A stretch of 64,000 nucleotides of DNA from Candidatus Aminicenantes bacterium (GTDB lineage Bacteria > Acidobacteriota > Aminicenantia > Aminicenantales > UBA8522). A model generated the notes under the pieces. The model had not been told where the DNA came from and searched no databases. It saw nothing but the letters and a program-made list of their open reading frames with translations. The stretch covers positions 634,764 through 698,763 of the forward strand of contig CAVXUH010000007.1 of assembly GCA_963764885.1 (NCBI GenBank), given 5' to 3'. Below, piece after piece: positions 37,044 to 47,700 of this stretch. Position 1 is the stretch's first letter, and each line of letters starts with the position of its first letter. The position numbers were made by a program, and so were the translations under genes.

Positions 37044-39224
37044 TCAGGCCCCGTTGCGGGGAGCAACGGCCTTGGCCGTCTTGTTGACGTACATTCTCTC
37101 GTCGGCTTCCCGGAGGACCTGCGTCACGGGCGTGCCCGGCCGGCGCGTGGCCATCCCGAGCGACCACCGGAGGGGCTGGTCGGGATAGCTCTGATTGTGC
37201 TCTTCCAGGCGGTTCCGCAGCCTTTCCACCACGCCGCGGGCGGCGGCTTCGTCCGCCCCGGGGAGGAGAATGGCGAATTCGTCGCCCCCGATCCGGGCGG
37301 CCACGTCCTCTGGCCGGAAGGCCACCCGGAGGACCTCGGCGACCCTTCGCAGGAGCTTGTCACCTTCGGCGTGGCCGAGGGTGTCGTTGACCTTCTTCAA
37401 CCCGTCGACGTCCAGCATCAGGATGGTCAGGACGGGGTTGCGGGCGCCGGCGGCCCGTTCCAGCTCTTCCTCGAAAAACCTTCGGTTGTAAAGCTGGGTG
37501 AGGCCGTCGTGCTGGCTGATGTCCCTGAGCTTCCCTTCGACCTCTTTCTGCTCGGTGATGTCGAGGCAGGTGCCGACGAACCCGGCGAATTTGCCCTCCA
37601 GGTCAAAAAAGGGCCGGCCGCTGCTGAGCACCTGGCGGTAGATGCCGTCGTAGCGCCTCAGCCGGAATTCCATTTCAAAGGATTTCCTGGCCAGAAAGGC
37701 GCTCTCGAAAGTCCGTCGGGTCCGCTTGGCATCTTCCGGGTGGACGCATTCCGCCCAGCCGCTGCCCAGCTCCTGCTGGAGCGAACGCCCCGTGAACCCC
37801 AGCCAGGTCTTGTTGAAATAGTCGAACCGTCCGTCGATTCCCGACCGCCAGATGAGCGTCGGGAACTCCTCGAGGATGGTGATGTAGAAGTCCCGCGCCT
37901 TGACGATGGCCTCGTCGGCCCAGCGGCGCTCGAGGGAAACGGCATAGGCGGAGGCCAGGCTGGAGATCGTGGCCAGGTCGAGCTCCGTGTAATCGCGGCT
38001 CGAGTTGGCCACGGCGATCTGTCCCACGAGCCTGTCGCCGAGCAGGACGGGCGCGGACAGCAGCCGGTCGATGGCCAGCGGCTGCTCTTCCGTTTCGTCG
38101 GGGCGGCGGTCGGCGCGGGGGTCGTCGCTCCCGGAATTCGTCATCAGGGGCCGCTTGGTCTCCAGGGGCCATTTCCAGAGTCCGGTGATCTTGCCGGACA
38201 GGTCCGCCCCCTCGGCGATCTCGAAATGCTCGGTCATCTCCCGGGTCGCGGCCGCGCACACGTGGTGCCCGGTGAGCGGGTCCATGTAGCTCACATAGCC
38301 CAGCCGGCTCCCCGTCAGGGCCTTGGCCTTCTCCAGGACGAGCTGGGCGATGGATTCGATCGAGCCGGGGGCCAGCAGGGTCTTGGACAGCTCGGCGATG
38401 ACCGAGTTGGCCATCAGCATCCGCCGGAACTGCTCCTCCGTCTTCTTCCGCTCGCTGATGTTCTGGAGGCTCCCCTCGTAGTAGAGGGTCTTGCCCCGGG
38501 AATCCCGGATGGCCTGCGAGTTGTCCTCGAGCCAGATGGAAGCGCCGTCGAACCGGACGGCCTCCACCTCATAGCTGTTGACCGTGCCCTTCTGCTCCAT
38601 CAGGTCTTTCCAGAGGCTCCTGTCGGCGGCGTCCTCGTAGAAGTCCAGGGCGTTCATCCTCAGGATCGTTTCCCGGTCGGGGACCCCGAGCATCTTGATG
38701 AGGGCGGGGTTGGCGTCGATGAACTGACCGTCGGGGGCCGTCCGGTAAAGCCCGATCGGCGTGTTCTCGAAAAGGGCCTGGTAACGGGCCTGGGTCTCGG
38801 TCAGGGCCTTGACCGCCCACTGCTTCTCCTCCATGAGATTTCTCTCCGAGAGGATCCGCTCGATGACGCGGGGGAGAAGCCCGAGGTAGCGGCCGTCTTC
38901 GTCCTTGACGATGTAGTCCTTGGCCCCGAGCTTCATGGCCTCGACGGCGATGCGCTCGTCGCCCCTGCCGGTCACCATGACGATGGGCGGGAAGATCCCC
39001 TTGGACCCCAGGATCCGGATGACCTCGAGGCCGTTGGCCCCGGGCAGGGAATAGTCGACCGCCAGGATGTCGTACTTTTCGGAGATGGCCTTGGCAATGC
39101 CTTCTTCGCTGTCCCGGACAAAATCCACCGAATAACCCGCCTTCTCGAGCTTCTCCTTGAGGAGGCGGGCCGTCACGAGTTCGTCCTCAATCAGGAGGAT
39201 GCGGACGGGCTGGGTTTCACTCAT
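37044..39224 (-). CDS. response regulator receiver - PAS - GAF - PAS - GGDEF diguanylate cyclase
   Basis: REC with intact DYSLPGANG...KLGAKDYIVK, PAS segments, a GAF domain and GGDEF (RIGGDEFAILLP) with the RxxD I-site context. Confidence 0.85.
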   Translation of the reverse strand: MSETQPVRILLIEDELVTARLLKEKLEKAGYSVDFVRDSEEGIAKAISEKYDILAVDYSLPGANGLEVIRILGSKGIFPPIVMVTGRGDERIAVEAMKLGAKDYIVKDEDGRYLGLLPRVIERILSERNLMEEKQWAVKALTETQARYQALFENTPIGLYRTAPDGQFIDANPALIKMLGVPDRETILRMNALDFYEDAADRSLWKDLMEQKGTVNSYEVEAVRFDGASIWLEDNSQAIRDSRGKTLYYEGSLQNISERKKTEEQFRRMLMANSVIAELSKTLLAPGSIESIAQLVLEKAKALTGSRLGYVSYMDPLTGHHVCAAATREMTEHFEIAEGADLSGKITGLWKWPLETKRPLMTNSGSDDPRADRRPDETEEQPLAIDRLLSAPVLLGDRLVGQIAVANSSRDYTELDLATISSLASAYAVSLERRWADEAIVKARDFYITILEEFPTLIWRSGIDGRFDYFNKTWLGFTGRSLQQELGSGWAECVHPEDAKRTRRTFESAFLARKSFEMEFRLRRYDGIYRQVLSSGRPFFDLEGKFAGFVGTCLDITEQKEVEGKLRDISQHDGLTQLYNRRFFEEELERAAGARNPVLTILMLDVDGLKKVNDTLGHAEGDKLLRRVAEVLRVAFRPEDVAARIGGDEFAILLPGADEAAARGVVERLRNRLEEHNQSYPDQPLRWSLGMATRRPGTPVTQVLREADERMYVNKTAKAVAPRNGA

Positions 39225-39412
39225 CGGTCATGCTCCGTTATCGGTATCGTCAAATGACTGCCGCCGGCGTCCCTGGCCGGCCGCCGCCCTTCCCTGAGAG
39301 AATATATCGTCGGCCCGCGCCGCTTGTCAAGAAATGAGCGGAGCGCGCCGGCCAGCGGATAGGATATAATAACGCCGGACGATCTTTCACCCCGCTGCCA
39401 GGAGGAACAGGC

Positions 39413-41570
39413 ATGCTCCGGAAAACCGCCTCGATGATCCTGTGGCTCCTTTTACTCATCGGCTTCCTGCGGGCGCCGGCCGCCGCCGACGAGGGGATGT
39501 ACCCCATCAGCGATATCCGCAAGCTCGACCTCAAGTCGAAGGGGCTGGTCCTCGACCCCGCCGAGATCACCTCGACAGACAAAAGCCTCATCTTCGCCAT
39601 CGTCAGCGTCGGCGCAACGGGCTCGTTTGTCTCTCCCCAGGGCCTGTTCATCACCAACCATCATGTCGCCTTCGGCGCCGTCCAGGCCGCGAGCACGACA
39701 GACAGAGACTACCTGCGCGACGGGTTCCTGGCACCTACTCCGGCTGACGAGATCCAGGCGCGCGGCATGACGGCCCGGATTACCGAGTCGTTCACGGACG
39801 TCTCGGCCGAGGTGCTGGGCGCGGTCACCCCCGACATGGAGACGACGTCCAGGACCAAGGCCATCGAGAAGCGCACCAAGGAGATCGTCGCCCGTGCCGA
39901 GAAGTCGAACCCCGGCCAGCGCGCCGAGGTGGCGGAGATGTTCATCGGCCGGAGCTACATCCTCTTCATCTATACTTATCTCAAGGACATCCGCCTGGTC
40001 TATGTGCCGCCCCGCGCCATCGGCGAGTTCGGCGGCGAGGACGACAATTGGATGTGGCCGCGTCACACGGGTGATTTCTCGTTCTTGCGCGCCTACGTCG
40101 CCCCGGACGGCACGCCCGCCGACTACGCGCCGCAGAACGTCCCCTTCCGGCCCAAGCGCTTCCTCAGGATCCAGCCCAGGGGCGCCGTCGAGGGCGATTT
40201 CGTTTTCCTCCTGGGCTATCCGGGCCGGACCTACCGGCATTACCCCGCGAGCTACCTGGCCTACGACGAGGAAGTGCGCATGCCCTACATCGCGGACTGG
40301 TATGCCTGGCAGATCGACCTCATGGAGAAGATGGGCGCCGCCGACCGCGGCGTCGCTCTCCTCCACGCCTCGCGCATCAAGGGCCTGGCGAACACGATGA
40401 AGAACTACCGGGGCAAGCTCAAGGGGATGGGGCGCCTCGGCCTGGTCGAGCGGCGGCGCCGGCAGGAAGCCGCGCTCCGGGAATTCATCGACGCCGATGA
40501 GGGGCGGCGCGCCCGCTACGGGAGCGTCCTGGCGGACATCGGTATGATCTATGATGAGACGCGCGCCGCGTTCGCATCCGACATGCTCCTTGACTATCTT
40601 CGCGGCTCCGTGAACCTGCTGAGCTGTGCTTCGACCGTCACCGAAGCATCGCTCGAGCGAGGGAAGCCGGACCTCGACCGCGAGTCGCGGTTCATGGACC
40701 GGAACTACCCGCAGACAAAGCAGCGGCTTCTGCTCGGCCTCCGCAATTATTATGAGCCTACAGACAAGGCGGTCCTGAAGGAGCTCCTCCTCCGGGCCTC
40801 GCGGCTTAAGGAGCCGAACCGGATCAAGGCCCTGGACGAGGTCTTCAAGGGCGATTTTGGGGAGACCGCCATCGACGCCTTTATCCAAAACGCGTACACC
40901 GCCTCAAAATTGGGCGACGTCCGGTACGTCGAGAGCCTGCTCGCCATGACCCCGGACCGGGTGAGCGCCGTGAGCGACCCGTTCCTCGACCTGGCCAAGG
41001 CCCTCCAGCCGGCCGTCGAGGCCAACCGCGAGAGACAGAAGGCGCGGCGGGGCGAGCTCGACCCTCTGTTCGCCCGGCTGAACGAAGTCGAGGAGGCCCA
41101 TCAGGGGAAGAATTTCATTCCCGATGCCAACAGCACGCTGCGGCTGACCTACGGCCGGGTCAAAGGCTATGAGCCGGCGGATGCCGTTTCCTTAAAGCCG
41201 TTCACGACGCTCCGCGGAGTCCTCGAGAAGACGACCGGCCGGGAGCCCTACAATACGCCGGCGGCGCTCCTCGACTTGGCGCGGGCGCGCGACTTCGGCG
41301 GCTTCGAGCACCCGGCCCTTCACGACGTCCCGGTCTGCCTGCTCTACGATGCCGACACGACGGGCGGCAACTCGGGGAGCCCGGTGCTCAACGCCCGGGG
41401 CGAGCTGATCGGCGTGAATTTCGACCGGACCTACGAGGCCACGGTCAACGATTACGCCTGGAGCGAGGACTACCAGCCGGTCGATCGGCGTCGACATCCG
41501 CTACGTGCTCTGGGTCGCCCAGAAATTCGGGAAGGCGGATTTGCTGCTCAAGGAGATCGGGGCGGATTAA
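39413..41570 (+). CDS. S46 family serine peptidase (DPP7/DPP11-like) with apparent frameshift near 41470-41480
   Basis: Signal peptide. Catalytic His (FITNHHVA), Asp and Ser (TTGGNSGSPV). The conserved C-terminal tail ...IGVDIRYVLWVAQKFGKADLLLKEIGAD continues in the +1 frame to a stop at 41570. The ORF-track call (to 41608) ends in the wrong frame. Confidence 0.8.
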
Positions 41571-41604
41571 GCTCGCCCATCGAAGATCCCCGCCCCAAGC
41601 CGGG

Positions 41605-42609
41605 CTAATCCGATTTCAGCCGGGAAATCCTCCGGACATCCAGGGCACATTCCGCTGCGCAGATCACGGCCGCGATGAGGAGAGTCGCGGCTACGCTGAT
41701 GTTGATCCATTTTTCGAGGGCCGCGATCCCCGTGGCCCCGGTTTTCGCCACCGTGAGCTGAGCCCACTGCGCCTTGACCTCGGCCCAGTGCGCCGCAACC
41801 ACGACGGCGAGGATCCCGGCGCTGGCCGCATTGACCGCCGCCCGGATGCCCAGCCGGAGACGCGTCCAGTAGGGCCGAATGAAGTTGACGACGGAGAGGG
41901 CGACGCTCACAAGAGCCAGGGCCGCGATCGGGGCATAATAGCCCTGGCGGAAGCTCTGCCACACGGCGCCGAGGGTCAACCGCCCGGGGGTTGCCCCCGA
42001 GATGACGACCTCCGGAAAACGAAGCGCGCCCTGCCAGAACAACAGAAAGAGCAGGCCGAAGACGATCTCCCCGATCGAAGAGCTTCGGGGTATCCGTCGC
42101 AGATCGCGCACTCGCGGCAGCCGACGCGGGTCCCACTTGTCTTGATCAGCGAACCGCTGCCGGACCCTGTCCGCGATGGCAAACCCAATCGTGATCGTGG
42201 CAAACGTATAGAGCGCAATGCTCCAGAGCGTCCCCAGGGTCTCGAACAACTCGAACCCGGGATGCTGGGCGCGGTAGGAGGGGACGAAGATGACGAGAAC
42301 GGTCCAGACAACCGCCCACGGCACGAGATAGAAAAGCGCGACGAGCTTCAGGACAAAAAGATAAATGGGGAAGAGGGCCGGGCCGATCAGGTGTTGCTGC
42401 GGGAGGTAGCGTTGCGCCACGATGAACGGGCTGCCCCGCCGCTTGAGGATCGCCGCCAGCTCATCGTCGTTGAGCTTGCGGCCCAGCGCGCCTTCCTTTT
42501 CTTCGGCCTCGGAGCGGATGTCTTCGGACAGCTCGGCGACGATGTCCTTTTTCTGGGCCTTGGGAAGCCAGAACCTGACCGCGTGGAGGTATCGGTCGAG
42601 AAGCTCCAT
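41605..42609 (-). CDS. membrane protein with N-terminal HAAS/DUF1700-like signalling domain (PadR partner)
   Basis: MELLDRYLHAVRFWLP...KDIVAELSEDI is the HAAS N-terminal motif. Multiple TM helices follow. Sits immediately downstream of the PadR gene. Confidence 0.65.
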   Translation of the reverse strand: MELLDRYLHAVRFWLPKAQKKDIVAELSEDIRSEAEEKEGALGRKLNDDELAAILKRRGSPFIVAQRYLPQQHLIGPALFPIYLFVLKLVALFYLVPWAVVWTVLVIFVPSYRAQHPGFELFETLGTLWSIALYTFATITIGFAIADRVRQRFADQDKWDPRRLPRVRDLRRIPRSSSIGEIVFGLLFLLFWQGALRFPEVVISGATPGRLTLGAVWQSFRQGYYAPIAALALVSVALSVVNFIRPYWTRLRLGIRAAVNAASAGILAVVVAAHWAEVKAQWAQLTVAKTGATGIAALEKWINISVAATLLIAAVICAAECALDVRRISRLKSD

Positions 42610-42610
42610 G

Positions 42611-42943
42611 TCATGTCTCCTGGAAGATGGCGTTGAGGGAATCGTTGATGCTCCGCCACTCGGCGAGCAGACGCCCGAGGATCGTCTCGCCGTCCGCCGA
42701 CAGGCGGTAGAAGCGTTTGTTGCGCTTGTCCGCTTCGCGCCACTCGCTGATCAGCAAGCCCTGCGTTTCCAGGCGGCGGAGGAGAGGGTAGAGCGTACCC
42801 TCATCGATGGCCAGGCCTTGGTCGGCCAAGCTCTTGCGGAGGGTGTAGCCATACCGCTCGGTGCGCAGCGCCGCGAGGACGGCCAGGATGACGCTCCCCC
42901 GACGCAGCTCGAGACGAAGGTTTTCAAACAGCTCATCGCTCAT
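42611..42943 (-). CDS. PadR family transcriptional regulator
   Basis: ILAVLAALRTERYGYTLRKSL...EGTLYPLLRRLETQGLL, the PadR winged helix. Confidence 0.85.
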   Translation of the reverse strand: MSDELFENLRLELRRGSVILAVLAALRTERYGYTLRKSLADQGLAIDEGTLYPLLRRLETQGLLISEWREADKRNKRFYRLSADGETILGRLLAEWRSINDSLNAIFQET

Positions 42944-42960
42944 TGCAGATTACCTTGTCA

Positions 42961-42998
42961 AACATAGGATGTAAAACATAGTATATGTCGCATGGTAT
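42961..42998. promoter_or_regulatory. AT-rich region with ATGT/ACAT palindromic elements immediately upstream of the PadR gene (candidate autoregulatory operator)
   Basis: atgtaaaacat (42969-42979) and acatagtatatgt (42976-42988), plus the direct repeat aacatag x2. PadR regulators typically bind ATGT-N-ACAT inverted repeats. Confidence 0.3.
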
Positions 42999-43057
42999 TA
43001 AAGTCAAGCACTTCTTTTAGAAGTTTTTTCAGAAAACCTGGCGTTCGGGCGGTATCT

Positions 43058-44602
43058 CTATTCGGGGTCGAGCCCGCTGATCTGGGCCCAGGCGCCGTCG
43101 TTCCAGAGCCAGAGACCGACCGGCCCGAAGTCGACAGCGACCTCGTCCTGGTTGTCGTCGTCGAAATCGCCGGCGATCATGTATTCCGGATTCAGACCGC
43201 TGAGCTGTGTCCAGGCGCCGCCGTCGGCGAGCCACAGCCCGACGGCGCCGAAGTCGCCGACGATGGCATCATCGCCGTCACCGTCGTGGTCGGCCTTGAT
43301 CACGAACTCCGCGGACAAACCGCTGAGCTGGGTCCAGCTAAGACCGTCGTACGACCAGAGACCGATCAGGCCGAAGGCGCCCACGAGCTCATCCTGTCCG
43401 TCCGCGTTGAGGTCGGCAGTCATCAGATAGGCCGCGTTCACCCCGGAGAGCTGTGTCCAGGCGCCGCTTTTCCATTGCCAGAGGCCGGTCGCCCCGAAAT
43501 CGCCGACGAGGTAATGTCCTCCTGTCCAGGCGCCGGACGCCACATACTCGGCGTTCACGCCGCTGAGCTGGCTCCATGAGCCGCCGCTCCACATCCAGAG
43601 CCCGACGGCGCCGAAATCCCCGATGATCTCGTCCCCGCCCATGCCATCGACGTTTGCCGCCGTTACGTACTCGACGTTCACGCCGCTGATCTGGGTCCAG
43701 GCGCCTCCGTTATTAAGCCAGAGCCCGAGGGCCCCGAAATCGCCGACGATCTCGGCCGCTCCGTCAGCGTCGACATCCCCGGCCGCCAGGCCGTCGGCGT
43801 TGACGGCGCTCAACGTATTCCAGGCGCCCGCGTTCCAGAGCCACAGCCCGGCGGTGCCCAGGTCGGCGAGGATCTCGTCGATGCTGTCTCCGTCGACGTC
43901 GGCGGCGGCCAGGCTCTCGGGATTGCTCGGCGCGAGCTGCGCCCAAGAGCTCTGATCAAAGAGCCAGATGCCAGTCGACCCGAAATCCACGGCCAGCTCG
44001 GCGGCCCCGTCGGCGTCAAAATCCCCGACGGCCTGCCTCTGCCGCCAGACCGGGTCCTCGCCGAGCTTGACCAGATAAGCGCAGGTCAGACCCGAATAGG
44101 CACGGATCGGCGTACCCCAGGTTTCCTCGCTCGTGCCCGTCACGAAGACGCCGCCGGCGCCGTCCGCGGCGATGCCCAAGCCCCAATAGTTGATCGCGAG
44201 ATCGGTGCTCCGCATGAAAGCGTGCCAGGCGAGCGCGCCGCCGGTATCGAGCTTGGCCGCAAAGACGTCCGGGCCGTCAAGGCCGTAAAAAGGAAACACC
44301 GGGGTGCCCCATTCCCAGTAGCTGTAGCCGCCGACGAAGACATTGCCGCTCGGGTCGACGGCGATCGACTCGGCCATGTCGAGGTCCCCGCCCCCGAGGA
44401 ACGTGTTCCACTGAAGGACGCCGGCAGAATTCGGGAAAGCAGCATGACCATGAGCCCTCCTCCCGGTTTTCCCCGGAACGTTCCGAATCCGAAGCCAGGA
44501 GTACGGCCATTTCGGGATAACCGGCGCTCTGCTATTGATGTGACTGCAGGATATTAAACGTCCGGGGGCGATGTCAAGCGGTCGACCTAGCCGGTCAAAC
44601 AC
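43058..44602 (-). pseudogene. N-terminally degraded paralog of the SBBP plus 41-aa-blade propeller protein (about 80 percent identical to 51007-52500)
   Basis: C-terminal 450 aa collinear with the 51007..53037 product. No signal peptide. Upstream SBBP-like fragments lie in other frames (ORFs 44140..44451 and 44277..44510). Confidence 0.55.
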
Positions 44603-44789
44603 GACGTCGGCAAGTGGCGTCGCTGGCGGCTCGAATTGGCCGAGGTAGATTCCCGTGGGAGCGCCGAGGCCGCGGTCGATGATTAGACCCGGAGCGAGAG
44701 CGATAGCCGGTTGATCGTTGCGGATAAAAAAAGGGGACGGTTTCCGATCGGAAACCGTCCCCTTGAGATTCTGCGGGGATAATTATGCG

Positions 44790-47700
44790 CTACTGGAGGT
44801 TCATGGCGTTAATCTGGACCGCCGCGGCGTTATTCCACATCCAGGTCCCGAGGCCGGGGAAGCTCATGAGGATTTCGTCGGCGCTGTCGCCGTCCACGTC
44901 CGCGGCCAGCATGATCTCGGGATTCCTGACGTCGATCTGGTTGAACACTCCGGCGGTCTGGAGCCAGACGCCCAGAGCGGCAAAGTCTCCGGCGATCTCA
45001 TCGATGCCGTCGCCGTTGACGTCGCAGCGGATCACCGAATCCACATTAACGCCGCTCAACTGCGTCCAGACATTGGCCTCCCAGGTGAACAGGCCGGTGG
45101 GGCCGAAATCGCCGATGATCTCATCCACCTGGTTCCCGTTCGTGTTCGCGGTGATAATGCTTTCAACGTTCACTCCGCTCAGCTGCGTCCAAGCGGCGTC
45201 CCACCTCCAGAGGCCGACCGCGCCGAAGTCACCCGCCACGTACCCGCCCACGGCCTTCCGGCCGAGGGCCATCGTTTCCACGTTCACGCCGGTCAGGATG
45301 TGCCAGTTGCCGGCGCTCCAGTACCACAAGCCGACGGCGCCGAAATCGCCCACGATCTCAGCCGCGGTCGTTCCGGTGATATCTCCGACCATGACCTGGT
45401 CGGCGTTGACGCCGCTGAGCTGCGTCCAACTGGTCCCGTTGAGCAGCCACAAGCCGACCGCCCCGAAATCCGCCACCAGCTCTTGACTGGCGTCGGCATC
45501 CACGTTGCCCGCGGCCAGGGACTGGACATCGAAACCGCTCAGCTGCGTCCAGACCGTCCCGTCCCGGTGCCACAAGCCGACTATGCCGAAGTCGGCGATG
45601 ATCTCGTCCCGTCCGTCGCCGTTGAGGTCAACCGAGACCAGGGTTTCGGGGTTGAAGGCGGATAGCTGCGACCAGGCGCCGTCGCTGTACAGCCAGAGCC
45701 CGTTCGCCCCGAAATCGACCGCCAGGTCCTTGAGCCCGTCGCCGTCAAAGTCACCCGAGGCGTGCTGGCCGGTCCCGGCGTTGCCCGAGATGACGCTGCC
45801 GGTGGCGATCGTCGCGGCGTTGGAATAAGCGGAGGCGACCGCTTTCGTGGGGAAGCCGATCGACGGTGCCGGGTAGACCGTGGTATCGCCGATCACATTC
45901 GTTCCATACACCCTGTAGTGGTAGGTTGTGGCTCCCTGGACCGTGGTGTCGGAGAAAGTCGTGGCGTCAGCGGCGGCCGCAAACGTCGCGAAGTTAGCCG
46001 TGAAGCCGGCATCCGTGGCCCGTTCGATGGTGAAGGAGGTTTCTGTCAGCGAGTTGTCGGTCCAGGTCAGGTTCACCGCGTTGGCGCCCAATGCCGCTTG
46101 CAGGTTGGACGGCGCTTCGGGGGGGAGCCCCAGGGCGACCGCATGCATCATGTCGTTTTCTTCATGCGCCAGCAGATGGCAGTGCCAGACGTATTCCCAG
46201 CCGAAATTGACCGGATGGTTGACGACCGTCACGGGATTCCCGGCCGGGTCGGCCAGCGCCGGGACGGCATCGAGCACGGTCCCCAGCGGTTCACTCGGGG
46301 CCAAAGGCCGGACTGAGTTGGGAATTTTGAACGGCAAAACAGGAGCGATCGGCCGCAGGGCGACGATCGTGTCCTGAAGCGGGTTGATCTTGATGGTATC
46401 CTTCCAGCCGAGCTCATTGGCGTCGGGTTTCCGGACATTGTTGTCCCAGGCCACCCGGTTGATCAGCTGGACTTCGAAAATGTGGAAGTGGACCGCGTGA
46501 GTGTCGACACCATTCTGGGCGATCTTCCAGAGCTGGGTGCCGTCGCCCAGCACGCCGATGGGCGACCCGTAGATCGAGGGCGTGATGAGCTCCACAGGAG
46601 GATGGACATAATCATAGAGCAGGAAGGTCTGCGCGTTGCCGACGCTCAGAGGCAGATGGAGCCCCAATTTAGCGGCCATCCGTCCGTACTGAGGATCGAA
46701 GACGCCCCCCATCTCATCATGAATGGCCTTCGGTTCGAGCGGCAGCGTCACGGGCGCGGCCGCGCCGATGGGCGTGAAGGTCATCGTGGTGTCCCCGATA
46801 TGGACATACGAGTTTGATGGGAAAATCATGTTGTAGGCGGAATTGTAGACCGCATTCGGGACGACGATCTGATGCTGCGAGGCGGCGAAGGCGCCCGGTG
46901 TCGTGCCGGTCGTGGCGAACGCCGCCTGCAGGGCTGTCAGATTGTACGGGGCCGCGGGGACGCCGGCGGCCACCCGGATCTGCATGATGGTCCGCGTGTT
47001 GGGCCCGAAGCCCGCCACCGTCGAGGGCGCGCCCCCGACATCCGTCAGGTCTTCATTATTGGTGTAATAATCATAGCGCGGGTCCGAAGCCGGAACGGCC
47101 GCCGGCGAGTCGTTGTAGAGGATGAGCGTTTTCCCGGCGTACTGGGAGAAGTCGACGATGACGTCCGCCCTTTCCGCGCTGCCGAGAAAAAGCGAATAGG
47201 TGTTGACATTGCCGAAATCAAATGTCCCCATGTCGCGGTTCCAGTCGACCGGCTGGTTGGGGATGACAACGGGCGCGGGCAGGAAGCCGCCCTCGTGGCC
47301 GATCTGGATCCAGGAGGGGCCCTGGGTGGCCGGATCGGGCACTCCGCCATCCCGGCCGTCGGTCGGCCAGGTCGGCGGGTAGGCGGCGGTCGGGACCGCC
47401 GGGACCATCTTGACTTCGGTGTTGGTCCGGCCGTCGAAAGTCGTCACGGCGGGGTCGGCGATATACATCTGCAGGTTAAAGAACCTGTCGTTGGCGGCGT
47501 TCAGGATGCGGAGGCGGTAGGACTTGGGCTGAACGACGACGTAGGGATAGGCCGTGCCGTTGATGACCGGAGTATCCATGAACCCTTCAGCCACAACTGA
47601 CGGGTTGGGGGTTGAGGGGATGACAGCCGGTTCCAACGGCGCATTGATCGGGTCGTAATAAGGATTGGCGGGAAGCGGATGGTACGGCATGAAGGGGGGG

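Noticed and set aside
37197-39257. 686-aa plus-strand ORF antisense to the REC-PAS-GAF-PAS-GGDEF gene
   Set aside because: Shadow ORF opposite a gene with unambiguous domain signatures.
39452-40888. 478-aa minus-strand ORF antisense to the S46 peptidase gene
   Set aside because: Shadow ORF, no motifs.
43100-45700. Highly periodic (about 123-bp) nucleotide repeats, considered as a possible CRISPR or tandem satellite
   Set aside because: The periodicity is coding. It is the 41-codon propeller blade repeated within ORFs. Repeats are imperfect and no spacer-repeat architecture exists. No CRISPR array is present in the window.
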